Below are positions 46,237 through 56,100 of a stretch of DNA of 64,000 bases, piece after piece. Under the pieces are notes generated by a model. That model was given only the letters and a program-made list of their open reading frames with translations, did no database searches and was not told the DNA's origin. Position 1 is the first letter of the stretch. Every line of letters begins with the position of its first letter. Both the position numbers and the translations under genes were made by a program. The stretch is from a virus (lineage: Duplodnaviria > Caudoviricetes): positions 7,679 to 71,678 of IMG/VR virus record IMGVR_UViG_3300021968_000069; one strand, 5' to 3'.

Positions 46237-46928
46237 CTGGTTGTTTCGTCATCATCATAAATACCAAGTATCAAATCCGTTCTTCTTTTATAGGGAACTC
46301 CATCAGCATTGCAATCGCAATACTTTTCATACAAAGTATATTTGGTTGAATCCGCTTTTTGTTGTTTACAGAGCCATAGATGCATGCTTTCACGAAGTGG
46401 GTCGATACGCATCATGTGCTTTTTATCCATTGCCCATTTCATAGTGCGCAGATCAGGAGATACAACTCCTGTTGACATTGGGCCTGCTGGCGGTGCTTTA
46501 TGATGTACTCCTTCAGTTCCTAATTGAACGAAACCTTCAGGATATGCAACCAGGATGACCACTTCGGCAATCAACTTCCAAAGATGTTCTGTCCAGAGTG
46601 TTTTATTTTCTGTACTGAGATATTCATATGCATTTACGATCATGCCCTCTTCTAATTTCACATCCTGTGCATCGGTTGGCAATGAAGCCTGAATAAGTGT
46701 CTGCTGGGCAGCTTTATTTGTATCGGTAATAAGAAGGTTCTTTTCAACCACCAATGCCCGGTAAAAATCATAACCGAGTGCAACACGGATAATGCCTTCT
46801 TCGGCAATGATGATATTACTATCAATCATTCTTGGATCAATGGTGTGGCCGGTAGGTGCATGAAATATCACTTCATCGGTAGTGATCAGCACGTTTCTTT
46901 TTAATGGATTTACTCTATACATTGCCAC
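46224..46928 (-). CDS. Putative head-tail connector
   Basis: Helical protein directly downstream of the portal gene. Confidence 0.45.
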   Translation of the reverse strand: MAMYRVNPLKRNVLITTDEVIFHAPTGHTIDPRMIDSNIIIAEEGIIRVALGYDFYRALVVEKNLLITDTNKAAQQTLIQASLPTDAQDVKLEEGMIVNAYEYLSTENKTLWTEHLWKLIAEVVILVAYPEGFVQLGTEGVHHKAPPAGPMSTGVVSPDLRTMKWAMDKKHMMRIDPLRESMHLWLCKQQKADSTKYTLYEKYCDCNADGVPYKRRTDLILGIYDDDETTRCCE

Positions 46929-48312
46929 CTCCTTTATCTACAGGTGCATTCTCTGGCTTAGTGGCTTTCATATACACGCCTTTCATAGTAGGATCTTCCG
47001 GCAAGTTCTTGGCGGTACGAACTTCATTTACCTGTACAGCAGGAGTAATATCAACATCGGTTAAACCGGAAATATCAATTGAGTTCTTGATACGGATATC
47101 AAATTGTTCAAGCCCGAAGCCCATCCATGCGTCAGCAATTTTTAAAATTGTGTTCCATACTTCGTCCATGATATCTCGCTGTGCGGGCAGGATGACCGTT
47201 TTTAATTTATGCTCGATCACTTTTGTAATGAAGCCGGATCCTTTACCAAGTGTGGAAGGATTAAGAACTCCCATAAGCACCGCATCCCAATCATTGCCCA
47301 TTATTATTTTCTGGCTCCACAGTTCATCAGATTCTTTATAGCTTCCATCACGTTCCGTATCCAGTTTATGCAGATCACTGCCTTCAATTCCTTCTTCACT
47401 GGCAACAACAAATACCCTGGCTCTTTTACCATCACCGGTATGTGTGCTGATGATCCTCTTACCTATTTTATCTGCTTCTTCCTGGCCAAGGTTTCCTTTG
47501 AGTGCAAGCACTGCAGAGGCTACCATTCCATTTTCAAATTCATCAAGATTATACCTGGCGCCTTTGTATTCCAGTACTTCAGATATCATCGTGGCTATGT
47601 TGGATGGCAACCCATAATGTGGCAAACCGGTAATGGGGTTCTTATACCATATCAATGTGCGCTGAGTGGATGGATCATCTTTATCCTTCTGCCAGTTTTC
47701 TTTCTCTGTATTGTTAGGATTATAGATCGGAAGTTTCTTACTTTTTTTTATTTGATCAGCAGTGGCAACAAAATTCTCCCGCATGAAAAGTTTTGATTGT
47801 ACGGCATATTGAACAATATCATTATCATCAGGCTTGCCCAACCTCCACTCCAGGAAAGAATGCACATATGCAAACAATTTCTTTTCACCACCAACAGTAA
47901 AGCGGACCAATTCAATAGGTACGTTACCATAGGTAAAGAAATCTTCAAATATATTTTTGGTGAGCTTTGTTGCCGATTGATTTTTCAGATTCATCGACCT
48001 GCACCACTCCAAAAACTCTTTTGGAAGTTCTACGTCTTTTTTGGATGACTCGAAGCCATCACCAGCGCAGTAATCTTTTTTTGTAATGATGCATTGATTT
48101 GCTGTAGGGCTCAAGAGCCTTGCTTCAATTAAGTTCCTGGCAAAATCATCTTTTGGGGGTAGAAACGGGAGGTAGGCTGATTGATGAACGATTGAGAATA
48201 CTTCACTTCCGTATTTAAATGGAATAGGATTGGTAGCATCAATAACTACTTTATTGCTGACCCTTGGTTTTTTTTGTTTACCATTAAGCTTGATTTGCTG
48301 ACTCCCTTGCAT
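46915..48312 (-). CDS. Portal protein
   Basis: SPTANQCI..K...AGDG; D..TYGN; YGLP; FENG...S; 465 aa in the head module. Confidence 0.75.
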   Translation of the reverse strand: MQGSQQIKLNGKQKKPRVSNKVVIDATNPIPFKYGSEVFSIVHQSAYLPFLPPKDDFARNLIEARLLSPTANQCIITKKDYCAGDGFESSKKDVELPKEFLEWCRSMNLKNQSATKLTKNIFEDFFTYGNVPIELVRFTVGGEKKLFAYVHSFLEWRLGKPDDNDIVQYAVQSKLFMRENFVATADQIKKSKKLPIYNPNNTEKENWQKDKDDPSTQRTLIWYKNPITGLPHYGLPSNIATMISEVLEYKGARYNLDEFENGMVASAVLALKGNLGQEEADKIGKRIISTHTGDGKRARVFVVASEEGIEGSDLHKLDTERDGSYKESDELWSQKIIMGNDWDAVLMGVLNPSTLGKGSGFITKVIEHKLKTVILPAQRDIMDEVWNTILKIADAWMGFGLEQFDIRIKNSIDISGLTDVDITPAVQVNEVRTAKNLPEDPTMKGVYMKATKPENAPVDKGGGNV

Positions 48313-48336
48313 TCCATTTCAGTTGATCGATTTTAT

Positions 48337-48693
48337 TTAGTTGGAGGTAGTGCCATATGGCTCCACATCTTTTGGTTCTTTGAGATCTTTATTTGGATCC
48401 TCATTATTCTGCTCGATATCCGGTCTTTGTTCTTTTCTTTCTTTATTAGGATCTTCTTTTGAATGATCTTCTGCAACCGGTGCATCCTTTTTTAGTGCTG
48501 CGTCTGTCCGGGCTTTTTTTAAAACTGATAATTCAGGAAGAAATTCAAAAAGACGGATAAGGTTTTGGTTGTTACTCTCGAGTGCTATTATTGCCAGGTC
48601 ATCTATATCATCCCTTTTATACAAAGGGGCTGCAGTTTTTCCAAACGCAACCCGTTTATTTAAATAGATATTTTTGATCTTCGATAATGGCAT
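48337..48693 (-). CDS. Hypothetical late protein
   Basis: ORF track. Confidence 0.6.
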   Translation of the reverse strand: MPLSKIKNIYLNKRVAFGKTAAPLYKRDDIDDLAIIALESNNQNLIRLFEFLPELSVLKKARTDAALKKDAPVAEDHSKEDPNKERKEQRPDIEQNNEDPNKDLKEPKDVEPYGTTSN

Positions 48694-48705
48694 GCAAGAA
48701 TATTA

Positions 48706-49296
48706 TTAAGCTGATCCACCAGACTGCATCAACAATTCAATTGATGACCACAAACCTGAATACTCATACAAGTTGCGTGAGTATGATCCTTTCAGGTGAA
48801 TGTTGGCTCCATTGAAATCATCAAACAATTTTCCACTTCCGCCTTCTGAACCATCCTGCTTCAATGTGAATTTTGTGATAGCCGAAGCATTCACATATTT
48901 TTCACCGGCAACAAATATTTTTCCATTGTTCATCCGCATGATGAGACCAATACCGCAGCAACAACCAGCTGCATCGAGTGCTGCCTGGAATACGGTGAGC
49001 TCCTGGCTGTTCTCAGGTAACTGGAAGATGAACTCATGCTCATACTTAACAGAGCAACCAGTAACCGATTGTGTGAATGTCCACTCGGCTTCATTCTCCT
49101 GGAAGCTGATAGCGAAGATGGATATACCATCCACACCATCTCGCTCCGCTACAGCGGAGTATTTTTGTGCTGAGCCACTAACATCGTCTGCTTTTGTAAA
49201 GTCCAGGTCATTGGGATCAAAGATGGCTAGGTCAGAGATACCGCCTGTTACTCCACCGCAGGATCTTACATATGGTTTTAATGAAACACAGAGCAT
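48706..49296 (-). CDS. Putative major tail (tube) protein
   Basis: C....GGISDL; beta-rich; follows the capsid gene. Confidence 0.5.
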   Translation of the reverse strand: MLCVSLKPYVRSCGGVTGGISDLAIFDPNDLDFTKADDVSGSAQKYSAVAERDGVDGISIFAISFQENEAEWTFTQSVTGCSVKYEHEFIFQLPENSQELTVFQAALDAAGCCCGIGLIMRMNNGKIFVAGEKYVNASAITKFTLKQDGSEGGSGKLFDDFNGANIHLKGSYSRNLYEYSGLWSSIELLMQSGGSA

Positions 49297-49325
49297 AGTT
49301 TTATATTAAAAAGGTTAGTAATTCG

Positions 49326-49352
49326 AATTTGAAATTTGAGATCTGAAATTTT
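49326..49352. repeat. 27-bp direct repeat copy A (flanks the capsid gene)
   Basis: aatttgaaatttgagatctgaaatttt; 26/27 identical to 50406-50432. Confidence 0.8.
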
Positions 49353-49357
49353 AAATC

Positions 49358-50392
49358 CTACCAGCTTGTCATTGATACCACCACGAACTCAGGCAATGCG
49401 ATCTGCGTACCTGCTTTTAAAAAGAGGCGGTAATACCACTTCATATCTTTTTTCTCATACCATACTTCAAGTGCAGTATGTCCATCTTCTCCTTCGCCAT
49501 AAGAAGTATCAGTTGCAAAAACGAAATTGTGACGGATAGTAAGCACAGCTGCATAACCTACAGAACCTTTTATCTGCGTGATCACTGGCGTCCATGTTGG
49601 TTCCACCAACACAGGGATACCTTTGAATGCGAGTTGTTTTTTTGAATGACCGTTCTCGATCAGATCAATATACCCGCCGCCTGTAGCTGCGGTAACTGTG
49701 AGGTAATCGATATATCCTTGTGCAATTTCTTTGCTTACATAAAAGGCTTTCTCAGTATCCATCCAGTTATACATGAGCACCGGTTGTGCATCGTATAATT
49801 GTTTCAGCAGATCATACGCTGCTTGTGGACCACCGGAATCACTGAAACTTTCGCCATCAGCAATTGCGAAGTTTTGGCCGGATGGGATCATACCGTTGTC
49901 GATATATTTTCCGATCCATTTAAATACACCATCAAATACATTTGTGCTGTAGGCATCAGTTGCCAGTGTTACACGATCCACATCACCGAAATAGGCATTG
50001 GTGGTGATATCGGCATTTACAGCTTGCTGGAAATAGGGGAGAATCTTGTTTCCGAAAAGTGGATCTTTTGCACGCCAATCTTTCAATGCTCCCTGGTAAA
50101 ATTCATTGCGGCAGAACTGGGTGGCGCCATATATCTCTTCCGTAGTTATGCTACGGGTAGTGGCACCAAACACTTTTTTATAGATAATATCACACGATGC
50201 ATCTCTGCGCTGCATGATATTCTGCGCCCTGCGGATATCAATGATCGGCCGCTTGGTAGGCACATTATCCATCAGGGAAAACTCATTGAGTGAACCCTGG
50301 AAAGGGAACCCTGCAGGCACTATGTCTGCGAATGCAGGATGAATAACGGCCTCATGAAAGGCCAGGCTATCGAGTGAAAAGGTTTCGAACAT
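49358..50392 (-). CDS. Major capsid protein
   Basis: 344 aa downstream of the protease and decoration genes; TNAYFGD, VFDG, HK97-like size and context. Confidence 0.75.
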   Translation of the reverse strand: MFETFSLDSLAFHEAVIHPAFADIVPAGFPFQGSLNEFSLMDNVPTKRPIIDIRRAQNIMQRRDASCDIIYKKVFGATTRSITTEEIYGATQFCRNEFYQGALKDWRAKDPLFGNKILPYFQQAVNADITTNAYFGDVDRVTLATDAYSTNVFDGVFKWIGKYIDNGMIPSGQNFAIADGESFSDSGGPQAAYDLLKQLYDAQPVLMYNWMDTEKAFYVSKEIAQGYIDYLTVTAATGGGYIDLIENGHSKKQLAFKGIPVLVEPTWTPVITQIKGSVGYAAVLTIRHNFVFATDTSYGEGEDGHTALEVWYEKKDMKWYYRLFLKAGTQIALPEFVVVSMTSW

Positions 50393-50405
50393 TGTATTAA
50401 TTTTA

Positions 50406-50432
50406 AATTTGAAATTTGAGATCTAAAATTTT
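50406..50432. repeat. 27-bp direct repeat copy B
   Basis: aatttgaaatttgagatctaaaatttt. Confidence 0.8.
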
Positions 50433-50440
50433 TTCGTTCT

Positions 50441-50872
50441 TTATAAGCTTGCTCCCGGGCTTGCTTGTCTTTGTTTATCCCAGCTACCGAGTGAACCAGC
50501 TGCGCCGATATCATATGCACCGCCATCGGCTACCACCTGGCCAAGACCAGAAGGATCAACGCCAACAACTGTTGCGGTAATGTCAAGTGGTTTTGACCTG
50601 TTGAGGCTGGATACATCGATCGTTGTGGTATGATCACCAGCACTGTCACTTCCATCAGGATTTTCGATCTCATCATTTACCTGACCGCCGAACTTATCAT
50701 GCACACGTACATGAATGCGATTCAGCGAATGACCACTCGGAAATACAGAGGCATCGGTTACATCTATTTCTGCAGCGGCTGCATCATAGACATAATTAAC
50801 ACCAGGGACGAAATCAGAAGGCTGGTCGCCGCGGTAATCAAGAAGGTTGCTGTTATCAATTGCGTTTGCCAT
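50441..50872 (-). CDS. Putative head decoration protein
   Basis: Beta-rich; between the protease and capsid genes. Confidence 0.45.
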   Translation of the reverse strand: MANAIDNSNLLDYRGDQPSDFVPGVNYVYDAAAAEIDVTDASVFPSGHSLNRIHVRVHDKFGGQVNDEIENPDGSDSAGDHTTTIDVSSLNRSKPLDITATVVGVDPSGLGQVVADGGAYDIGAAGSLGSWDKQRQASPGASL

Positions 50873-50907
50873 TACGATTTATTTAAAAGATTTTTGAATA
50901 AATTTTA

Positions 50908-52068
50908 TTAGTTGAACTTGCCATACACTTTATCCACGATCTCATTCTTTTGTGCCTGGCTTTTATTTCCTTTCATATTGGTGATATCCAATTCCAATTC
51001 TTCATTCTTCTTTTTCAATCCTGCATTTACTGTTTCCAGTGCAGTGATCTTTCCGCTCATGTCTGCGGTAAGTGCATCCACTGCTACTTTTACAGCAGCT
51101 TCGATCGCTGTTTTACCAGCGCCATCCTTACTGAAATCAACTGCAGCGGTTACTGCATTTGTTACTTGTAATGCAATTGCATCGTTCACCGGCTTGCTTG
51201 CAACCACATCATTTACTTTATTGCTGATCGTGGTTTCAATTTCATCAGCCAGCTTATCGAAGGGAGCTGTTACTGCGTCTGCTATCTGGTTGGTGATACT
51301 TACTGCCGGATCAGTTGAAGGCTTTACACCTTTGATCGCATTGACGATTTCGGTAAAGAATTTTTTCATTTCTTCTAATTGATTTTGAAAGAATGTTTTT
51401 GAGTCATCGGGTTCATTTGCGGGCTTCATCTGTGCTCTGATCTGTGCAGGAATGTTTTTGTAAAAGTTTTGATCAAGACGAGCTGCGATCTGAACATTTT
51501 CGGCGCCGTTGAAAGTTTCATCTGCGAAACCTTGTGCAACAGCATCCTCACCTGTCATCCAGTAATCACCGTTTGCGATCAACGCATTGATAGCTTCTAC
51601 GGTTTTTCCTGTTCGCTGCGAGTAGATATCTACAATCTGGCTTGTGTACAGGTCCACGAGGTCGGCACCATGGCGCAAATCCTCAGAGTTTCCCCAACAT
51701 CCGCCTTCTGCCCTGTGTATTACCATAAAGGCATTCTTGGCGATCCGGAGTTTGCCTTTGTTGGCTGCCATAGCGATCACCGAAGCAATAGACCCAGCTA
51801 AGCCGATGATCTCAACTTCCACTTTTGCATCACAGCGTTTGAGGAAATTGTAAATGGACATTCCAATTTGAGCATCTCCACCTTCGCTATCAATTATACA
51901 TTTGATGCGTGAAGGCTTGTAGAAATTTACTTTGTCAATGATCTCCTGCACTTTGGAGCTAAAGCCCATGTACCAGTCGTAAGTGTCTGCAATGACATCC
52001 AGGAAATACAGTTCTAAAGTGTTTGATTCTGCCTGGTTACGAATGGCTATAAACCTTTTTTTCTCCAT
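50908..52068 (-). CDS. ClpP-like head maturation protease with scaffold-like C-terminus
   Basis: IDSEGGD, GLAGSIASVIAMA, MVIHRA, YWMTGEDAVAQGFAD; coiled-coil tail. Confidence 0.9.
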   Translation of the reverse strand: MEKKRFIAIRNQAESNTLELYFLDVIADTYDWYMGFSSKVQEIIDKVNFYKPSRIKCIIDSEGGDAQIGMSIYNFLKRCDAKVEVEIIGLAGSIASVIAMAANKGKLRIAKNAFMVIHRAEGGCWGNSEDLRHGADLVDLYTSQIVDIYSQRTGKTVEAINALIANGDYWMTGEDAVAQGFADETFNGAENVQIAARLDQNFYKNIPAQIRAQMKPANEPDDSKTFFQNQLEEMKKFFTEIVNAIKGVKPSTDPAVSITNQIADAVTAPFDKLADEIETTISNKVNDVVASKPVNDAIALQVTNAVTAAVDFSKDGAGKTAIEAAVKVAVDALTADMSGKITALETVNAGLKKKNEELELDITNMKGNKSQAQKNEIVDKVYGKFN

Positions 52069-52148
52069 TGCGATGTAAAACTGTATGTAAAAACTGACCT
52101 TTTGTAGTGTTTTACTACCTGCCTGTCTGAAAAATTCAGAGGAAATCT

Positions 52149-52156
52149 TATATTTG
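52149..52156 (+). promoter_or_regulatory. -7 box TATATTTG of the plus-strand gene pair
   Basis: TAnnTTTG; TCTG 19 nt upstream. Confidence 0.45.
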
Positions 52157-52162
52157 GCTTAT

Positions 52163-52534
52163 ATGGTTAGACTTGACAACCCAAGATTTCTTCTCTTTAT
52201 TGAACCAAAAAAGGAACAGAGATCTGTTGTTGCAATCAAAGATGAATTTGTTGATGTAATGAAACTTGCATTTGAAAGATCGGTAAGGGGAGTTTCTAAT
52301 TATGCAAGAGTAGATGAAGCACCAAATTTTAGACCAGGCAGCGGTAAGATGGGAGTACATAAAACAGAATGCGGACAAAGGTCAAGCACCAATGATTACT
52401 TACTAGAAAACGGGATGATCACCAATAGCCTTTGCGTTTTTTATTTAGAATATTATCGTGAGGCAATCCCTGAGTCTGAAATGAAAAAGGTTATTGAGTT
52501 GATTCACTTTTACAGATCAAAAAATATGATATGA
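52163..52534 (+). CDS. Hypothetical protein (moron-like)
   Basis: GVHKTECG..SS..DY.LENG..TNSL motif; start probably MVRLDN. Confidence 0.65.
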   Translation: MVRLDNPRFLLFIEPKKEQRSVVAIKDEFVDVMKLAFERSVRGVSNYARVDEAPNFRPGSGKMGVHKTECGQRSSTNDYLLENGMITNSLCVFYLEYYREAIPESEMKKVIELIHFYRSKNMI

Positions 52535-52815
52535 GTTTATGTAATACATTTACTGCACAAAACAAAGAATGTGGCTCCATATCAGGAGGGATAATTTCAG
52601 TGGAGTTTATTTATGTTTCTATTGAGGATTATTTAGAAATGCTGCCTGATAAAGTAGTAGGAGAATATTTGGTTTACTATTATAGAAGAAAAAATAAGTT
52701 CTTCTTTAGAAGTGAAAAGAATGAAAAAGTTTCAGTTATTACCTCCGCTCTTGGATGGCAGACAATTTCTCGTAATTTAAAAAGAGGACAGAAATTTCTT
52801 ATGAAGGCAAATTAG
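52531..52815 (+). CDS. Hypothetical protein (moron-like)
   Basis: ATGA-coupled to the previous gene. Confidence 0.5.
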   Translation: MSLCNTFTAQNKECGSISGGIISVEFIYVSIEDYLEMLPDKVVGEYLVYYYRRKNKFFFRSEKNEKVSVITSALGWQTISRNLKRGQKFLMKAN

Positions 52816-53011
52816 ACTCACACTTCCCACACCCATACTCCGCCTGATTTTTTGTAATACCAAGCTTATTCTGAATTTCTCCGTAAGATTTTTTATCTCG
52901 CCTGAGAAGGCAAATTTTTGCAGAGATAAGAGCATCCTCACCAACGAGTGCAACAAACTGTTTCCAGTTCATCAGTGCTATCTCTTGAAGTTTTTTATCG
53001 AGATCGGTCAT
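52799..53011 (-). CDS. Small HTH protein
   Basis: KSYGEIQNKLGITKNQAEY; start moved to MTDLDK (ATGA overlap). Confidence 0.6.
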   Translation of the reverse strand: MTDLDKKLQEIALMNWKQFVALVGEDALISAKICLLRRDKKSYGEIQNKLGITKNQAEYGCGKCESNLPS

Positions 53012-53127
53012 AGGTTGGACAGCCATTCAAAAAGTTTTATAATTCCGATAACCAAAGAAACTATAACTACAATGATCACTCCCATTATCAATCTTCCTGT
53101 TACATCATTGCTTCTATAATCTTTCAT
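53008..53127 (-). CDS. 39-aa single-TM protein
   Basis: Read by hand; ATGA overlaps at both ends. Confidence 0.55.
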   Translation of the reverse strand: MKDYRSNDVTGRLIMGVIIVVIVSLVIGIIKLFEWLSNL

Positions 53128-56100
53128 AATGTGCCGATATTACTTTGCTTCACTTGTTTTTTTTGTGCATTGGTTACACTGCTGGTAACCTGCTCCACTT
53201 GTAAACGATCTATCCTTCTATCTGTTGCCTCAGTTCTTTCAATGATCGCATCTTTAAATTCATTAAGATCGTCTTTTGTTATTCCTCCTCCATTATTGAT
53301 CAGCGTTGATCCACCCGGTATTAATACAGGTGGTTGCAATATATCCCCGATCACTCCACCACTTGCAAATTTCGCCTGCTTTGCTCCTTTGGCAAAACTT
53401 TTTCCACCACCGATCTCATTTATCATTGACGCAATTTGCTTATTGGTACCGGTGAATGTTCTTACCCTGTTATCGATAGCAGATCTTTTATTGATGATGA
53501 ACAGCTCCTGGTTCTCTGCTTCGTAATTAAAAGGAATGCCTCCTTGTGCATGTGAACGGCCTATTGCCTGTCCGCCGCGTTTTGTAAGATGTTCACCTTT
53601 CGCAAATTTCTCCCGGTTGATCTCTGCAGTACGTAATGCATACCGGCCGAGTGCAAGTGCCGCTAATATTCCATACATGATAGCACCAGCTGCACCGAAT
53701 GTAAATGCATTGGCAGGATTTGCAGCTGCTGATGCAGCAATGTTAGCAAGCTCTGTTGCTAATGCGATCTTTGCTTCCGCTTTTTTTGATTTTTTCAGTT
53801 GCTCACCTGCTTCACGTTCTGCTTTTCTTTTCCTGGCTGCAAATTCTTTATCTATTGCTTCCAGTTCTTCCTGTGATTGTGCTCTTGATTCTACCTGCTT
53901 TTTTTCCAACTCCAATCTATCCAATTGCAATTGCAGGTTTTCATTAATGCGGTCACGTTCTGCATCAAAGTAACTATTCATTGCATCCGCGGCCAATGAA
54001 AATGTTTGTGAGATCGTTTCACCCAGCAATTGTGCTTCGGCGCTCTGATCTGCAAATCCGAATGCTTTTGCTAATCGTTCGGATAATAACTTTTGTGTTT
54101 CACCTGATGATGGAAGATCAATACCAACAGCGGAGAGGTCAATATTTACTTCGCCAAGATCTGATTTCTTTTTTTCCAGTTCTGCCTTCTTCTCAAGGAA
54201 TAGTTTTTCAGATACCAGGCCTTTTTCATACTGCTTTTTTATTTCCTCAAACTCAATTACCAGTTGTGCAAGCTCACTGCTGACGATCGTTTTATTATGG
54301 ATCTTTGCCAGCTTCTCAAGTGCCTTCTGCCTTTGCGAAGCAGTAAGCTTATCATTATTTAAAATCGCCTGGCGAAGCTTTTCATAATTAGCTATGATCT
54401 CTGAGCGTTGTTTCTCTCCTGCATCAGCAATATCCGTTAAACGAGAAGCAGCAATTGCTTTCTGATCTGCCAGTATCTGTTCTTTTGTTTTACGGATATC
54501 ATCGGCAGATTCTTTTGTATTGGTGAGAGAGTTTTGCGCCAATTGCTTTTCCAGCTTATCAATATCGGTATTGAACTGCTCCTGTAATGCAAGTATCTTG
54601 TTATCGGAATCAAGCTTTGCCTGCGCCCTTGCAGTGGCAGATGCTGTTGGATCCTGCTCCACAACTGCAGCTTCCAATCTTATGTTAGCAATATCCTGCT
54701 CCAGTTGTTTCTTTAATGTTTTGCTACGGAGATCAAATATTTTATTATTGGTATCCTGTTCATTAGTAATCTTCTCAAGATTGAGTTCGGCTATTTGTTT
54801 TCTTTCTTCCGCATTGGCGCCTTTTAGTAATTTTAGCTTTGCATCAATTGCTTCCCTGTTTATTCGTAAAACGGTCAGTAAATAATTTTCTTCCTCAATT
54901 TGTTGTTGTTGAAACCTAATTTTGATATCAGCAAGTTGTTTATCACGTAGTGCTTCTATATCTTTAAAATCATCTTTCTGTTCTCCGGTTAATCGTGAAC
55001 CACGATCGCTACCAGCTTGTTCTTTTTTCCCGAGCAGGCTATCTAGTTTTTTCTGCAATTGACTTCTCTCAGCAATCTTCTTTTTCAATTCGGCTTGAGT
55101 GCCCTGGAATTTATCTATTTCTTTATCTAGATTTGCAATGTCCTCTTTCAATTTAGAAATATCAACTTCAAAAGCCTGCTTTGCGCCGGCACCTGATTCT
55201 AAAAATTTATCGACAAGCTTATCAGACTTTTCCTGAATATCAACAAAGGCCTGAAAGTTTTTGACCCTCAATTCTTCCTCTTTATTTAATGCATCAAGTA
55301 ATTTTGGAAAATCAAATCGTGCTGTTCCTATTAAAACCTGCCCCTCTGTTACTTTATCTGTGCTTGCATCCCTTTTAATTTGCTTTAGTTCTCCCCTCGG
55401 AGCTGCGGCCGCTCTTTTTACACCGGGAATATTAAATAATTGTTGAACCTGGGCATCGGTAAATTTATCTAAATCAACAGCTCCGTTATTTACTGCAGCG
55501 CCGGATTCTATGATCTGGCGGACTAGTGAGATCTCATCAATTTTTGTTTTTGCCTCGGCGGTCAGCTTGGCGGAAGCTTGTGCTCTTGCGTTTAATTTTA
55601 TCGCTGCAGTCACATCGCCGTATGCTTTTTCTAATTCTTTTAGATCGATAACATTATCTTTCATTACCGAACTGAAGCGTGCATTTGTTTTTATCAACTC
55701 ATCAACAGCCTTTCTTTTTGTATCGGCTGATGTGGCTGCACTTTTAATAATAGCAACCCATGAATCTATTTTTGAAATTTGATCTGCATAACTTTTTACT
55801 GCTTCATTATTCACGGCAGTCAGTGCCCGCATTCTTCTAATATTATCAGTTATTGCTTCTTCCGTTCTACCCATCGCTTTTGAAAGGCCGAGAAATGCAG
55901 TACCAAGAAGAGCCACAATCGTTAATATGATCCCTAGCGGACCGGTGGTCGCTGTTAATGTAATTCCAAATACTCTTAGTGATGCAGTAACAACTTGAAG
56001 GACTCCATTAAGCAAAAACAGCGCAACGTTATATGCAAGCTGTGCAACTCTAAGTAAGTTTAATAAAATAAGATTTGCACCAATACCCAAATTATAAAGT

